Positions 39,769 through 48,168 of a DNA stretch of 64,000 bases are shown here, piece after piece. Source of the DNA: an uncultured bacterium (GTDB taxonomy: Bacteria > Chlamydiota > Chlamydiia > Chlamydiales > SM23-39). The DNA lies in NCBI GenBank assembly GCA_963716985.1, contig OY970323.1:128001-192000 (forward strand). Reading direction: 5' to 3'. Position 1 is the first letter of the stretch. Each line of letters opens with the position of its first letter. The notes below the pieces were generated by a model. That model was not told the DNA's origin. It saw nothing but the letters and a program-made list of their open reading frames with translations, and ran no database searches. A program made the translations under genes and the position numbers.

Positions 39769-41997
39769 ATGAAAAAGCTACTTTTTGCTCTAGTTTTCTT
39801 GGCCGCAGCTCTTTTTGCAAGTGAAGAGAACAATGCCCTTTTCGAAGAAAAAGCAGGCGTTTTGAATCAAGAATTGATGCAGCTTCGCTTTGAGCTGAAA
39901 GGGCATTATCAAAAAGCTGCACAACTTTTTGACAAGCACGCGGAAGAAAAGGAATATAAAGCTCTTCTTGAAACAATCAAAGAGACCAGGTCCAAGATCG
40001 AGGAAAAAGAAAAGTTGTGGCGCTCTTCTTTTATCGGAGGCAAGGAGAATAATGAGGAGGAGCCTTATGGCTTTTGGGATCAGGGAGAGACGACTCTTTC
40101 TCAGCTGATCATGGAATATGGGTCCTGCGATTTTCTCTACATTATCCCCTTGGAGATAGGTTCGATCAAAATTCATATGTGCTCGAATATTCCGATCCCT
40201 AAAGAGAGCTGGAATGAGATGATCGAGCTGATTCTTCTCCACAATGGAATCGGAATAAAAAAATTGGGCTCTTACTTGCGCCAGGTTTTTATTCTCAAAC
40301 ATGATCTGATGAATATTGAAGCGGTGGCCAAGTCGTTGGATGATTTGAAGCATCTCTCCGGCCTCTCTTCTGTTTTTTATGTCTTTTCCGCACCGTTGGA
40401 ACAGCTGCGCTCCGTGCAGGCTTTTTTTGAACGCTTTGCAGATCCCAAACAAACGACGATTCAGGTAGTAGGAAGCAAAATCGTTCTCATTGCCACGAAA
40501 GAATCCATTGAAAAATTATTGGAAATTTATAGCGTCATTTGGGGCAAAGAACAGGAAAAGATTGTGCGGATTTTTCCTTTAAAAAAGATCCAGGGAGCAG
40601 AGGCGGAAAAAATTTTGAAAACCTTTTTCCAAGAATCTGCAAGCAAAAACCGCCCTTCGTTTTACAATGCCCAGATCGAGGAGCTTACCATCATCTCTCT
40701 TCCTCCCGGCTCATCGCTTGTCTTGGTGGGCACGTTCGCTCTGGTAGAAAAAGCAGAAAAAATTTTGAAGGAGCTGGAGGAGGGGTTGCAAGAAAGCAGC
40801 GAGATGACCATTTTTTGGTATGCATGCAAACATTCGGCGCCTGAAGATTTGGCCCATATTTTGGAAGGGCTTTATTCCTCCATGAGCAAGAGCCCGTTTG
40901 CGGATGAAGAAAGGCCGTCTTCGGCCGAGGTTGGAGCGAATGCTCCCGATCTTCCCGTCTCCACTTCCTTCGTTCAACCGACAAAAATGGAGCAGCGCAA
41001 GGGTTTAGTAAAAGGAAATATCGTGGTCGACTCGAAGACGGGCTCTCTTTTTATGGCGGTGCGGAAAGAAGAATTGCCGAAAATACAGATGCTCTTGGAA
41101 AAGCTGGATGTCCCCAAAAAGATGGTGCAGATCGATGTGATGCTCATCGAAAAAAAACTTCTGGACCATAGCCAAACGGGCATTAATCTGCTCAAAATTG
41201 GATCCTCGCACAACGTAAAAGAAACCGCTCTTTCTTTTGACGGCTCTTCCAAAGCGAGCAAAAAGGGGATTTTAGATTTCATTCTCTCGCGCCCCAAGGG
41301 AACTCTTCCCTCGTTTGATCTTTTGGCAAGTTTTTTGATGGCGCAAGAAGATTTGCGCATCAATGCAAACCCCTCTGTTTTGGCCGTAAATCAAACCCCT
41401 GCCACGATTTCTATCGTAGAGGAAATCTCGATCAACAACGGCGCAATTCCCGTGGAGGCAGGGCAAAATAATTCCTATAAAAATTCTTATACGCGCGCCC
41501 AATATGGAATCCAGATTTCTCTTTTACCGATTATCCATCTATCCGAAGAAGAGGGAGAAAGGGGATTCATCACGATTCAGACCAAAGTGTCGTTTGACAC
41601 AACTCATGCATCTGAAGAGGATCGCCCGCCCGTGACGCGGCGTCAAATTGAAAATGAAGTTTGCGTCTCCGACGGGGAGACGATTATCCTTGGAGGGTTG
41701 AAAAGAAATTCGATCGAGGAGAATCGAGAAAAAATTCCATTTTTAGGAGACATTCCCGGCATCGGAAAGCTTTTTGGAACGAATAAAAGAAACAATAGCA
41801 CGACGGAAATGTTCATCTTCATCACGCCTCACATCGTGGGGGATACCAAAGAGGAGCAAAAAAAACTCAGGCAAGAGTCGCTGCAAAAAAGACCGGGAGA
41901 TCTTCCCGAGTTTCTCGAAAAACTCTACGAGGCAAAGGATTTGCAAAAGAAAAAGCTTTTTGAAAAAAGCTTAAGGCTCCTATGGGATCGAACCTAA
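39769..41997 (+). CDS. gspD: Type II secretion secretin
   Basis: LDVPKKMVQIDV, NPSVLAVNQTPA, GETIILGGL, KIPFLGDIPGIGKLF and FITPHIV. Confidence 0.93.
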   Translation: MKKLLFALVFLAAALFASEENNALFEEKAGVLNQELMQLRFELKGHYQKAAQLFDKHAEEKEYKALLETIKETRSKIEEKEKLWRSSFIGGKENNEEEPYGFWDQGETTLSQLIMEYGSCDFLYIIPLEIGSIKIHMCSNIPIPKESWNEMIELILLHNGIGIKKLGSYLRQVFILKHDLMNIEAVAKSLDDLKHLSGLSSVFYVFSAPLEQLRSVQAFFERFADPKQTTIQVVGSKIVLIATKESIEKLLEIYSVIWGKEQEKIVRIFPLKKIQGAEAEKILKTFFQESASKNRPSFYNAQIEELTIISLPPGSSLVLVGTFALVEKAEKILKELEEGLQESSEMTIFWYACKHSAPEDLAHILEGLYSSMSKSPFADEERPSSAEVGANAPDLPVSTSFVQPTKMEQRKGLVKGNIVVDSKTGSLFMAVRKEELPKIQMLLEKLDVPKKMVQIDVMLIEKKLLDHSQTGINLLKIGSSHNVKETALSFDGSSKASKKGILDFILSRPKGTLPSFDLLASFLMAQEDLRINANPSVLAVNQTPATISIVEEISINNGAIPVEAGQNNSYKNSYTRAQYGIQISLLPIIHLSEEEGERGFITIQTKVSFDTTHASEEDRPPVTRRQIENEVCVSDGETIILGGLKRNSIEENREKIPFLGDIPGIGKLFGTNKRNNSTTEMFIFITPHIVGDTKEEQKKLRQESLQKRPGDLPEFLEKLYEAKDLQKKKLFEKSLRLLWDRT

Positions 41998-43547
41998 AAA
42001 CCAGAGAATCTATCGGCGCATTTTTCGGAATGGACGCTGCGAAGGATCTCTTTGACTTTCCCTTCGTAAAAGAGCGCGTTTTCAAGATCGAGTATGCCTT
42101 TGCAAAAGAATACCAAGTGCTGCCTTTGCAAGAGGATGAAAAGAAGATCTGGGTTGCTGTTGTGGATCCTTTTCATTTGGAGCCGCTCGATGAACTTCGC
42201 CTCCTTTTAAAAAAGGAGATCAAGCCCGTTCTTACTTCCAAGAGCTCTTTAGAACAGGCCCTACAGCAGTGTTATCATCAAAATGAGGAAGAGACGAAAC
42301 GACTCTTGTCCCCCTTGGTGAAAAACAGGGAGGAAAAAACGGATGGAAGCGAGGGGTATGATCTTTTGGAAAAAAAAGAGGAAGGCTCCGTCATTCGCAT
42401 GCTCAACGCGATTCTCATTGAGGCTATTCAGGAAGGAGCGTCCGATATCCATTTTGAGCCCCAAGCAGAAGGGATGCACGTGCGCTATCGCATCGATGGA
42501 ATGCTTCTAAAAAGACATGAATTTCCGAAAGAGCATCAGTCTCAAATTCTGACGCGCATCAAAGTTTTATCTCAGCTCGATATTGCAGAACATCGCCTGC
42601 CTCAAGATGGAAGGGTCAAGTTGAAGATGGGGGGAAGAGAGATCGATTTTCGCGTGAGCACCATTCCCGTCATTTACGGAGAGCGGGCCGTGCTGCGTAT
42701 CCACGACCGCAGCCAAGCTCTTTTTGGCCTTGAGCATCTTGGCATGGGGGAAAAAATCTTAAACTCCTTTCGGAGACAGATTCGCTTTTCTGAAGGGATT
42801 GTCCTTGTCACAGGTCCGACCGGAAGCGGAAAAACAACGACGCTTTACAGCGCTCTTCACGAGATCCATTCTTCAGAAAAAAACATCATGACGATCGAAG
42901 ATCCCGTAGAGTTTAAAATCCCTCGCATCGCACAGATCGGAGTTAACCCTAAGATTTCGCTCACCTTTGGAATGGGACTTCGCCATATTTTGCGGCAAGA
43001 TCCCGATGTGATCATGATTGGAGAAATTCGCGATCGAGAAACTGCAGAAATCGCCATCCAGGCGGCTTTGACGGGCCATCTGGTTTTGAGCACTCTGCAT
43101 ACCAACGACGCTCCCTCGGCAATCGTGCGTCTGGTCGACATGGGAATCGAGCCCTATCTTCTCACCTCCTCCATCGTGGCTGTTTTGGCGCAAAGATTAG
43201 TTCGAAAAATTTGTCCCTCTTGCCGCACGAAATACACACCGACGGCCGAGGAATTAAAAAAATTGGGAATAAAAAAAGAAAACGCAAGAGAGATGCAGTT
43301 TTTTTACGGCAAGGGGTGCGAGGAGTGTTTTCAAACCGGATTTAAGGGAAGGCATGGAATTTATGAGCTCATGGAGATGAGCGCCTCTATGAAGAAGCAG
43401 GTCCTCAAAGGGCCCCAAGCAGAAGAGATCAAAGCCATCGCGCTTTCTGAAGAGATGGTCGATCTTTTTCACTCGGGTGTTGCGCTTGTTTGCCTTGGGA
43501 TAACCACATTGAGCGAAGTGCTTCGCGTTACGCAGATGCAAAGATGA
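41982..43547 (+). CDS. gspE: Type II secretion ATPase
   Basis: ASDIHFEP, PQDGR, GPTGSGKTTT, LRQDPD, TGHLVLSTLHTN and a CxxC pair. Confidence 0.95.
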   Translation: MGSNLKTRESIGAFFGMDAAKDLFDFPFVKERVFKIEYAFAKEYQVLPLQEDEKKIWVAVVDPFHLEPLDELRLLLKKEIKPVLTSKSSLEQALQQCYHQNEEETKRLLSPLVKNREEKTDGSEGYDLLEKKEEGSVIRMLNAILIEAIQEGASDIHFEPQAEGMHVRYRIDGMLLKRHEFPKEHQSQILTRIKVLSQLDIAEHRLPQDGRVKLKMGGREIDFRVSTIPVIYGERAVLRIHDRSQALFGLEHLGMGEKILNSFRRQIRFSEGIVLVTGPTGSGKTTTLYSALHEIHSSEKNIMTIEDPVEFKIPRIAQIGVNPKISLTFGMGLRHILRQDPDVIMIGEIRDRETAEIAIQAALTGHLVLSTLHTNDAPSAIVRLVDMGIEPYLLTSSIVAVLAQRLVRKICPSCRTKYTPTAEELKKLGIKKENAREMQFFYGKGCEECFQTGFKGRHGIYELMEMSASMKKQVLKGPQAEEIKAIALSEEMVDLFHSGVALVCLGITTLSEVLRVTQMQR

Positions 43548-43553
43548 GGATCG

Positions 43554-44738
43554 ATGGCTCTTTTTTCTTATAAAACTATAAATGAAAACGGAAAAAAAAC
43601 AACAGGCATGCTCCATGCGGAAAGCATCGGACACGCCCGCTCTCTTTTATTGCAGCGGAAAATATTGGTGACATCCCTGCAGATTTTGCCGGAAAGAAAA
43701 AGAGAGCGGGTGTTGCAAAAAAAGGATCTGCTCTCTTTCACGCGGCAAACGGCAAAGCTCTTAAAAGCGGGACTGCCCCTTTATGAAACGATTCTTTCTT
43801 TAGAAGAAAAATATCGCACTTCCCATCTGCAATCCTTTCTTCTCGATCTTACCGAAAAGCTCAAGGCGGGCCGTTCTTTTTCCGAAGCTCTTGCAATGCA
43901 TCCGAAAAATTTTGATTTTCTCTATTGTGCGATGGTAGCCAATGCGGAAAAAACGGGCTCTCTGGAACAAACTCTTGAAGAGATTGCCAATCTCCTCGAG
44001 AGAGGGGAAAAGCTGAAAGGCCAGCTTGTTTCTACTCTTATCTACCCCTCTTTTCTCTTAGGCTTTAGTCTGATGGTGGTTTGCTCTCTGCTTTTTTACA
44101 TCATTCCCTCTCTTTTTGAATTATTCGAGGGCAGGGCCCTGCATCCGCTCACGCAATGCATCCTTTCTTGCAGCCATTTTGCGATTTCCCATAAATTAGC
44201 GATCCTATCGGTTTTTGTTGTATCTCTCGCTTCATTGAGCCTCTGCTTTTTTTCCCAAAAAATAAAAGAGAGATTCGGGCGCATTTTCTTGCGCCTGCCC
44301 TTTGTGAAAAGCCTGATGCTTAAAGTGGGTTTTGTTCGTTACTTTCGCTCATTATCCGCCCTGCTCCAAGGCGGCGTTCCTCTTTTAGATGCACTCAAGC
44401 TTTCGCGAAGCGTGATGCTTCATTCTCTTTTAGACCGGCAGATGAAGGAAGCGGAAAGGCGCGTGAGAGAAGGGTGGCTTTTGAGCGTTCATTTGGAAAA
44501 AAGTTCTCTCGTTCCTCAGTGGGTCTGCCGGATGGTCGGTGTTGCTGAAAAGACGGGAGATTTGCAGAACATGCTGCGCCACATTGCCGACATTTATGAG
44601 GAGGAGCTGGAAAAAAGTCTTGCACAAATATCAACGTTTCTTCAGCCTCTTCTCCTACTCATATTAGGAGTGATCGTGGGAGTCGTTGTTTTATCCGTTC
44701 TCATTCCTTTAACTGACGTAAGTTCATTTTCAGGTTAA
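43554..44738 (+). CDS. gspF: Type II secretion inner-membrane platform protein
   Basis: AGLPL, EKTGSL, YP, GVPLLDAL and EKTGDL repeats. Confidence 0.93.
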   Translation: MALFSYKTINENGKKTTGMLHAESIGHARSLLLQRKILVTSLQILPERKRERVLQKKDLLSFTRQTAKLLKAGLPLYETILSLEEKYRTSHLQSFLLDLTEKLKAGRSFSEALAMHPKNFDFLYCAMVANAEKTGSLEQTLEEIANLLERGEKLKGQLVSTLIYPSFLLGFSLMVVCSLLFYIIPSLFELFEGRALHPLTQCILSCSHFAISHKLAILSVFVVSLASLSLCFFSQKIKERFGRIFLRLPFVKSLMLKVGFVRYFRSLSALLQGGVPLLDALKLSRSVMLHSLLDRQMKEAERRVREGWLLSVHLEKSSLVPQWVCRMVGVAEKTGDLQNMLRHIADIYEEELEKSLAQISTFLQPLLLLILGVIVGVVVLSVLIPLTDVSSFSG

Positions 44739-44753
44739 AAATAGGAGAATCTT

Positions 44754-45176
44754 ATGATCTATCAAAGAGAAAAAAGAGCGTTCTCTCTTTCCATTTTGGA
44801 AATCATGATTGTCATTCTTTTGATTTCTATCATAGGGGGCGCCATTGGGTATAATCTAAAAGGCAGTCTTGACAAGGGAAAAGCGTTTAAAACCGTACAA
44901 GCGAAAGAGCAGCTTCGAGATCTTCTTCTTCTCTGTGTGGCGGAAGGGAAAGCAACCATGGAAAGAGCCGCCAAAGAACCTGAGCAATGTTTGAAACAGA
45001 TGGACCTTGCAAAGAAACCAGACGAGCTGGTCAAAGATGGATGGGGCGTTCTTTTTGAAATTAAAGTGGAAAGCGGGAATGCCGATTTTAAAATTACATC
45101 CAAGGCGCATGAGAAATATATCAAAGATCATGAGGAGAAAAAAGAAAAGAGCGCACCTAAAGACGATCAGACATGA
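44754..45176 (+). CDS. Major pseudopilin-like protein (GspG-like)
   Basis: Prepilin-type N-terminus SILEIMIVILLI and DGWG motif. Confidence 0.8.
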   Translation: MIYQREKRAFSLSILEIMIVILLISIIGGAIGYNLKGSLDKGKAFKTVQAKEQLRDLLLLCVAEGKATMERAAKEPEQCLKQMDLAKKPDELVKDGWGVLFEIKVESGNADFKITSKAHEKYIKDHEEKKEKSAPKDDQT

Positions 45177-45703
45177 TCCTCTTTCGGAAGATCGCTTTTT
45201 TCTCCCTGATGGAAATCCTCATCGTCCTCTCGCTGATCCTTCTTGTGGGCAGCGTTTCCACCTTTTATATGCATGATGCTTTGCGCCTGCGCCGTTTTGA
45301 AGCCAATCGCAAAAGCCTCCAATATATGATCTGCTTTTGTCGCGAGATGGCGATGACTCACCAAGTGGATATCCAATGGGTCATCGAACAGGATCTTCGC
45401 GTCCCTAATCTGGTTTGTCGGATTTTTTGTGAAGAGGATCAAAAAGCCCTTTTGTATTTTGCAAATAAAAAGAGTTCCTTTGCGCCTCTTTTTTTTGCCG
45501 GACCAAACAGTTCGCCTTCCTATGCGTGCACGTTTTATTCTTCCGGTTTTGTGGAAGCCAATATGCAGATTTCAGATGGGAAAAGAACATGTGCTCTTTC
45601 TTTTCCGTTTTTTATCAAACCAATCGATGGGTCCAAACCACCGCATCCTTTCTCATTTAAAAAAAAGAGAGAGGTTTTTTTTGTGCCCAATCGGGGATCC
45701 TAA
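45173..45703 (+). CDS. Minor pseudopilin-like protein
   Basis: FSLMEILIVLSLI prepilin motif and ATGA overlap with the previous gene. Confidence 0.75.
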   Translation: MILFRKIAFFSLMEILIVLSLILLVGSVSTFYMHDALRLRRFEANRKSLQYMICFCREMAMTHQVDIQWVIEQDLRVPNLVCRIFCEEDQKALLYFANKKSSFAPLFFAGPNSSPSYACTFYSSGFVEANMQISDGKRTCALSFPFFIKPIDGSKPPHPFSFKKKREVFFVPNRGS

Positions 45704-46161
45704 AAATCCCCTTGTTAAAAAAAAATGTTTTTTATATACTAAACACACTTTTTTATTTACGAAGGAGGTTGAGAATATGTTTAAGCTTGTTGAAAGTGAT
45801 CGTCCGCCGTCAAATGTTACGGGGCTTCCCGGTATTGGTATTAGAGGAGAAATGGTGGTCTTTGGAGTTTTGGCGTGTGTTGGTATTGGCGCCATAGGAG
45901 CTCCGGCTGTAAGTGCTATAGGCGCCGGGGTTGGGATCCTTTACGCGGTTGGCAATGTGTACGACCGTATTATCGCAAAATGGGATGCGGACAGGACTGC
46001 GCAAAAAAAGGGTCGAACAAGTCCTTTGGGCATTTGTGCAATTTGTGTGATCGTTGCTGCCGGAACTACAGCTATTGTGAATTTTGTGAGTTTGAAAATT
46101 TTTGGGAATGGGTCTGATTCTCGAAAATCGTAGTCAATAACCGTTGTTTGTGTTTGAAGGA
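45517..46161 (+). repeat. Direct repeat copy 1 (pseudopilin 3' end plus small membrane gene)
   Basis: Near-identical to 47348-47988. Confidence 0.92.
45777..46133 (+). CDS. Small glycine-zipper membrane protein, copy A
   Basis: AAGGAGG RBS, 118 aa, Gly/Ala-rich hydrophobic segments. Confidence 0.75.
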   Translation: MFKLVESDRPPSNVTGLPGIGIRGEMVVFGVLACVGIGAIGAPAVSAIGAGVGILYAVGNVYDRIIAKWDADRTAQKKGRTSPLGICAICVIVAAGTTAIVNFVSLKIFGNGSDSRKS

Positions 46162-46191
46162 TTAAAGTCTTTTTACAAAGGAGATTGTCTT

Positions 46192-46506
46192 ATGTGCTTT
46201 GTTGATGGTGAGTATCGGTTTTCGCATGAAAGACATCGCGGGAGATTTTCGCCAGACGATGGATTTATCTTTGGCGGCATAGTGGCGCAGCTTGTTGATG
46301 TTGCTGTATTTATATTCACTAGCCCGGGAACGTGGTTCGCTACTCAGGCTCCTGCTCCTAAAGCATCTTTTGCTAAAAGAGTTCTTCTTTCTATGCGTGC
46401 ACGTTTTACTCTTCCGGTTTTGTGGAAGACAAAATGCAAATCTCAGATGAGAGAAGGGAATGATTTCTTTCTTTTCCGTTTTTTATCAAACCAATTGATG
46501 TTATAA
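46192..46506 (+). pseudogene. Chimeric/truncated paralogue of the CaaX gene
   Basis: N-terminus (DGEYR...VDVAVFIFTSPGTWFA) matches the 46520 gene, then runs into a degenerate copy (46389-46500) of the pseudopilin-derived repeat. Confidence 0.6.
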
Positions 46507-46519
46507 AGGAGGTTGTCTT

Positions 46520-47020
46520 ATGGGCTTTTTTATTGATGGTGAGTATCGGTTGCCTCATAATAAATATCGCAGGGGATCTTCAGACGATGGATTTGGCTTG
46601 GGCGGTATGGTGGCGCTGATTGTTGACGTTGCTGTATTTATATTCACTAGCCCGGGAACGTGGTTCGCTCCTTCTCCTGCGCCGCCACCGAGTCAAGGAT
46701 GGCTTTCGTCAATCTTTTTTTCTCGTCCTGCACCGCCACCGAGTAGAGGATGGTTTTCTTGGATTTTTTCTTCTGCACCGCCGCCTCCTCCCAAGGGATG
46801 GTGGGCCCGCCTCACTGCTTCGGCTCCCGAAGAGACGGGGGGATTAGATGGAGGTGGAAACAGACATCCAGATAACTACTATCCGGGATATCATTACCCC
46901 CTACCTACAAAGAAAGAGCGTCAGATACATCAGCCAAGAAATGAGCCGGGGCCCGTAGATGTTCTCCCTCCGCCGTTGGATCTGCCAGATGACGGCCTAA
47001 CATCTTGCTCGGTCATGTGA
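46520..47020 (+). CDS. Proline-rich membrane protein with C-terminal CaaX box (CSVM)
   Basis: AAGGAGG RBS, one hydrophobic segment, three APPP-x-GW repeats, ends TSCSVM*. Confidence 0.75.
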   Translation: MGFFIDGEYRLPHNKYRRGSSDDGFGLGGMVALIVDVAVFIFTSPGTWFAPSPAPPPSQGWLSSIFFSRPAPPPSRGWFSWIFSSAPPPPPKGWWARLTASAPEETGGLDGGGNRHPDNYYPGYHYPLPTKKERQIHQPRNEPGPVDVLPPPLDLPDDGLTSCSVM

Positions 47021-47050
47021 TAGTTTTGGATTTTTTTTCTTGCGTAAATT

Positions 47051-47088
47051 AAGATAGGCTTCTTATGGGATAGCCTATCTTTTTTTTT
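47051..47088 (+). terminator. Rho-independent terminator (copy 1)
   Basis: AAGATAGGCT...AGCCTATCTT plus T-run. Confidence 0.8.
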
Positions 47089-47347
47089 AAGTAGATGGCT
47101 TTTTGAAATTTTTCTTATCTCGATTTATGAGGGCAGTGCGATTGCACAAGAAGTGGATTTGATTCAGGTAGAAAAAGATTCTCCGGCTTATCAAAAATGG
47201 CCCTCCCCGCCAAAACTTCTGAGGTTGTCTTCAGAAAATCAATCTGCCCAAAACACAACAAATGTAGTGCCGCAAACCATTTAATTTTTTTGCAACACGC
47301 TTATCTATAGCAACATGCGTTTTTTTGGTGTCAAGCTCGGGAAAGAG

Positions 47348-47988
47348 TTCCTATGCGTGCACGTTTTACTCTTCCGGTTTTGTGGAAGCCAATATGCAGA
47401 TTTCAGATGGGAAAAGAACATGTGCTCTTTCTTTTCCGTTTTTTATCAAACCAATCGATGGGTCCAAACCACCGCATCCTTTCTCATTTAAAAAAAAGAG
47501 AAGTTTTTTTGTGCCGGATCGGGGATCCTAAAAATCCCCTTGTTAAAAAAAATGTTTTTTATATACTGAACCCGCTTTTTTATTTACAAAGGAGAGTGAG
47601 AGTATGTTTGTGTCTGTTGAGAGTGATCGTCCGCCGTCAAATGTTACGGGGCTTCCCGGTATTGGTATTAGAGGAGAAATGGTGGTCTTTGGGGTTTTGG
47701 CGGCTGTTGGTATTGGTGCCATAGGAGCTCCAGCTGTGAGTGCTATAGGAGTCGGGGCTGGGATCATTTATGCGGTTGGCAATGTATACAGCCGTATTAT
47801 CAAAAAATGGGATATGGAGAGGACTGCGCAAAAAAAGGGTCAAACAAGTCCTTTGGGCATTTGTGCAATTTGTGTGATCATTGCTGCCGGAACTGCAGCT
47901 GTTGTGAATTTTGTGAGTTTGAAAATTTTTGGGAACGGATCTGATTCTCGAAAATCGTAGTCAATAGCCGTTGTTTGTGTTTGAAGGA
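47348..47988 (+). repeat. Direct repeat copy 2
   Basis: Near-identical to 45517-46161. Confidence 0.92.
47604..47960 (+). CDS. Small glycine-zipper membrane protein, copy B
   Basis: AAGGAG RBS, 118 aa, paralogue of 45777..46133. Confidence 0.75.
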   Translation: MFVSVESDRPPSNVTGLPGIGIRGEMVVFGVLAAVGIGAIGAPAVSAIGVGAGIIYAVGNVYSRIIKKWDMERTAQKKGQTSPLGICAICVIIAAGTAAVVNFVSLKIFGNGSDSRKS

Positions 47989-48053
47989 AAGAGAGGAGCG
48001 GGAAAGATCGCGCCGGATACGGCGAAATTACTCCAGTTTGCGTAATCCAGTGA
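47985..48053 (+). pseudogene. Startless 3' gene remnant ending in CaaX (CVIQ)
   Basis: Reads RKERSGKDRAGYGEITPVCVIQ*. The stop is followed by the same TAGTTTTGG 3' UTR as the CSVM gene. Confidence 0.55.
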
Positions 48054-48083
48054 TAGTTTTGGATTTTTTTTCTTGCGTAAATT

Positions 48084-48121
48084 AAGATAGGCTTCTTAAG
48101 AGATAGCCTATCTTTTTTTTT
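48084..48121 (+). terminator. Rho-independent terminator (copy 2)
   Basis: AAGATAGGCT...AGCCTATCTT plus T-run. Confidence 0.8.
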
Positions 48122-48168
48122 AAGTAGATGGCTTTTTGAAATTTTTCTTATCTCGATTTGGAGGGCTC

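Noticed and set aside
45429..45776. Long N-terminus of ORF 45429..46133, and ORFs 47325..47531 / 47353..47724
   Set aside because: Alternative-frame read-through or a copied pseudopilin tail. The RBS and the paralogue support a start at 45777.
47251..47270. NrdR-box-like ACACAACAAATGTAGTG
   Set aside because: Spacing deviates from the consensus, there is a single copy, and no nrd gene is nearby.
45517..48053. Integron or CRISPR-like array
   Set aside because: The repeats are long pieces of flanking coding sequence, not attC or CRISPR palindromes, and there is no integrase.
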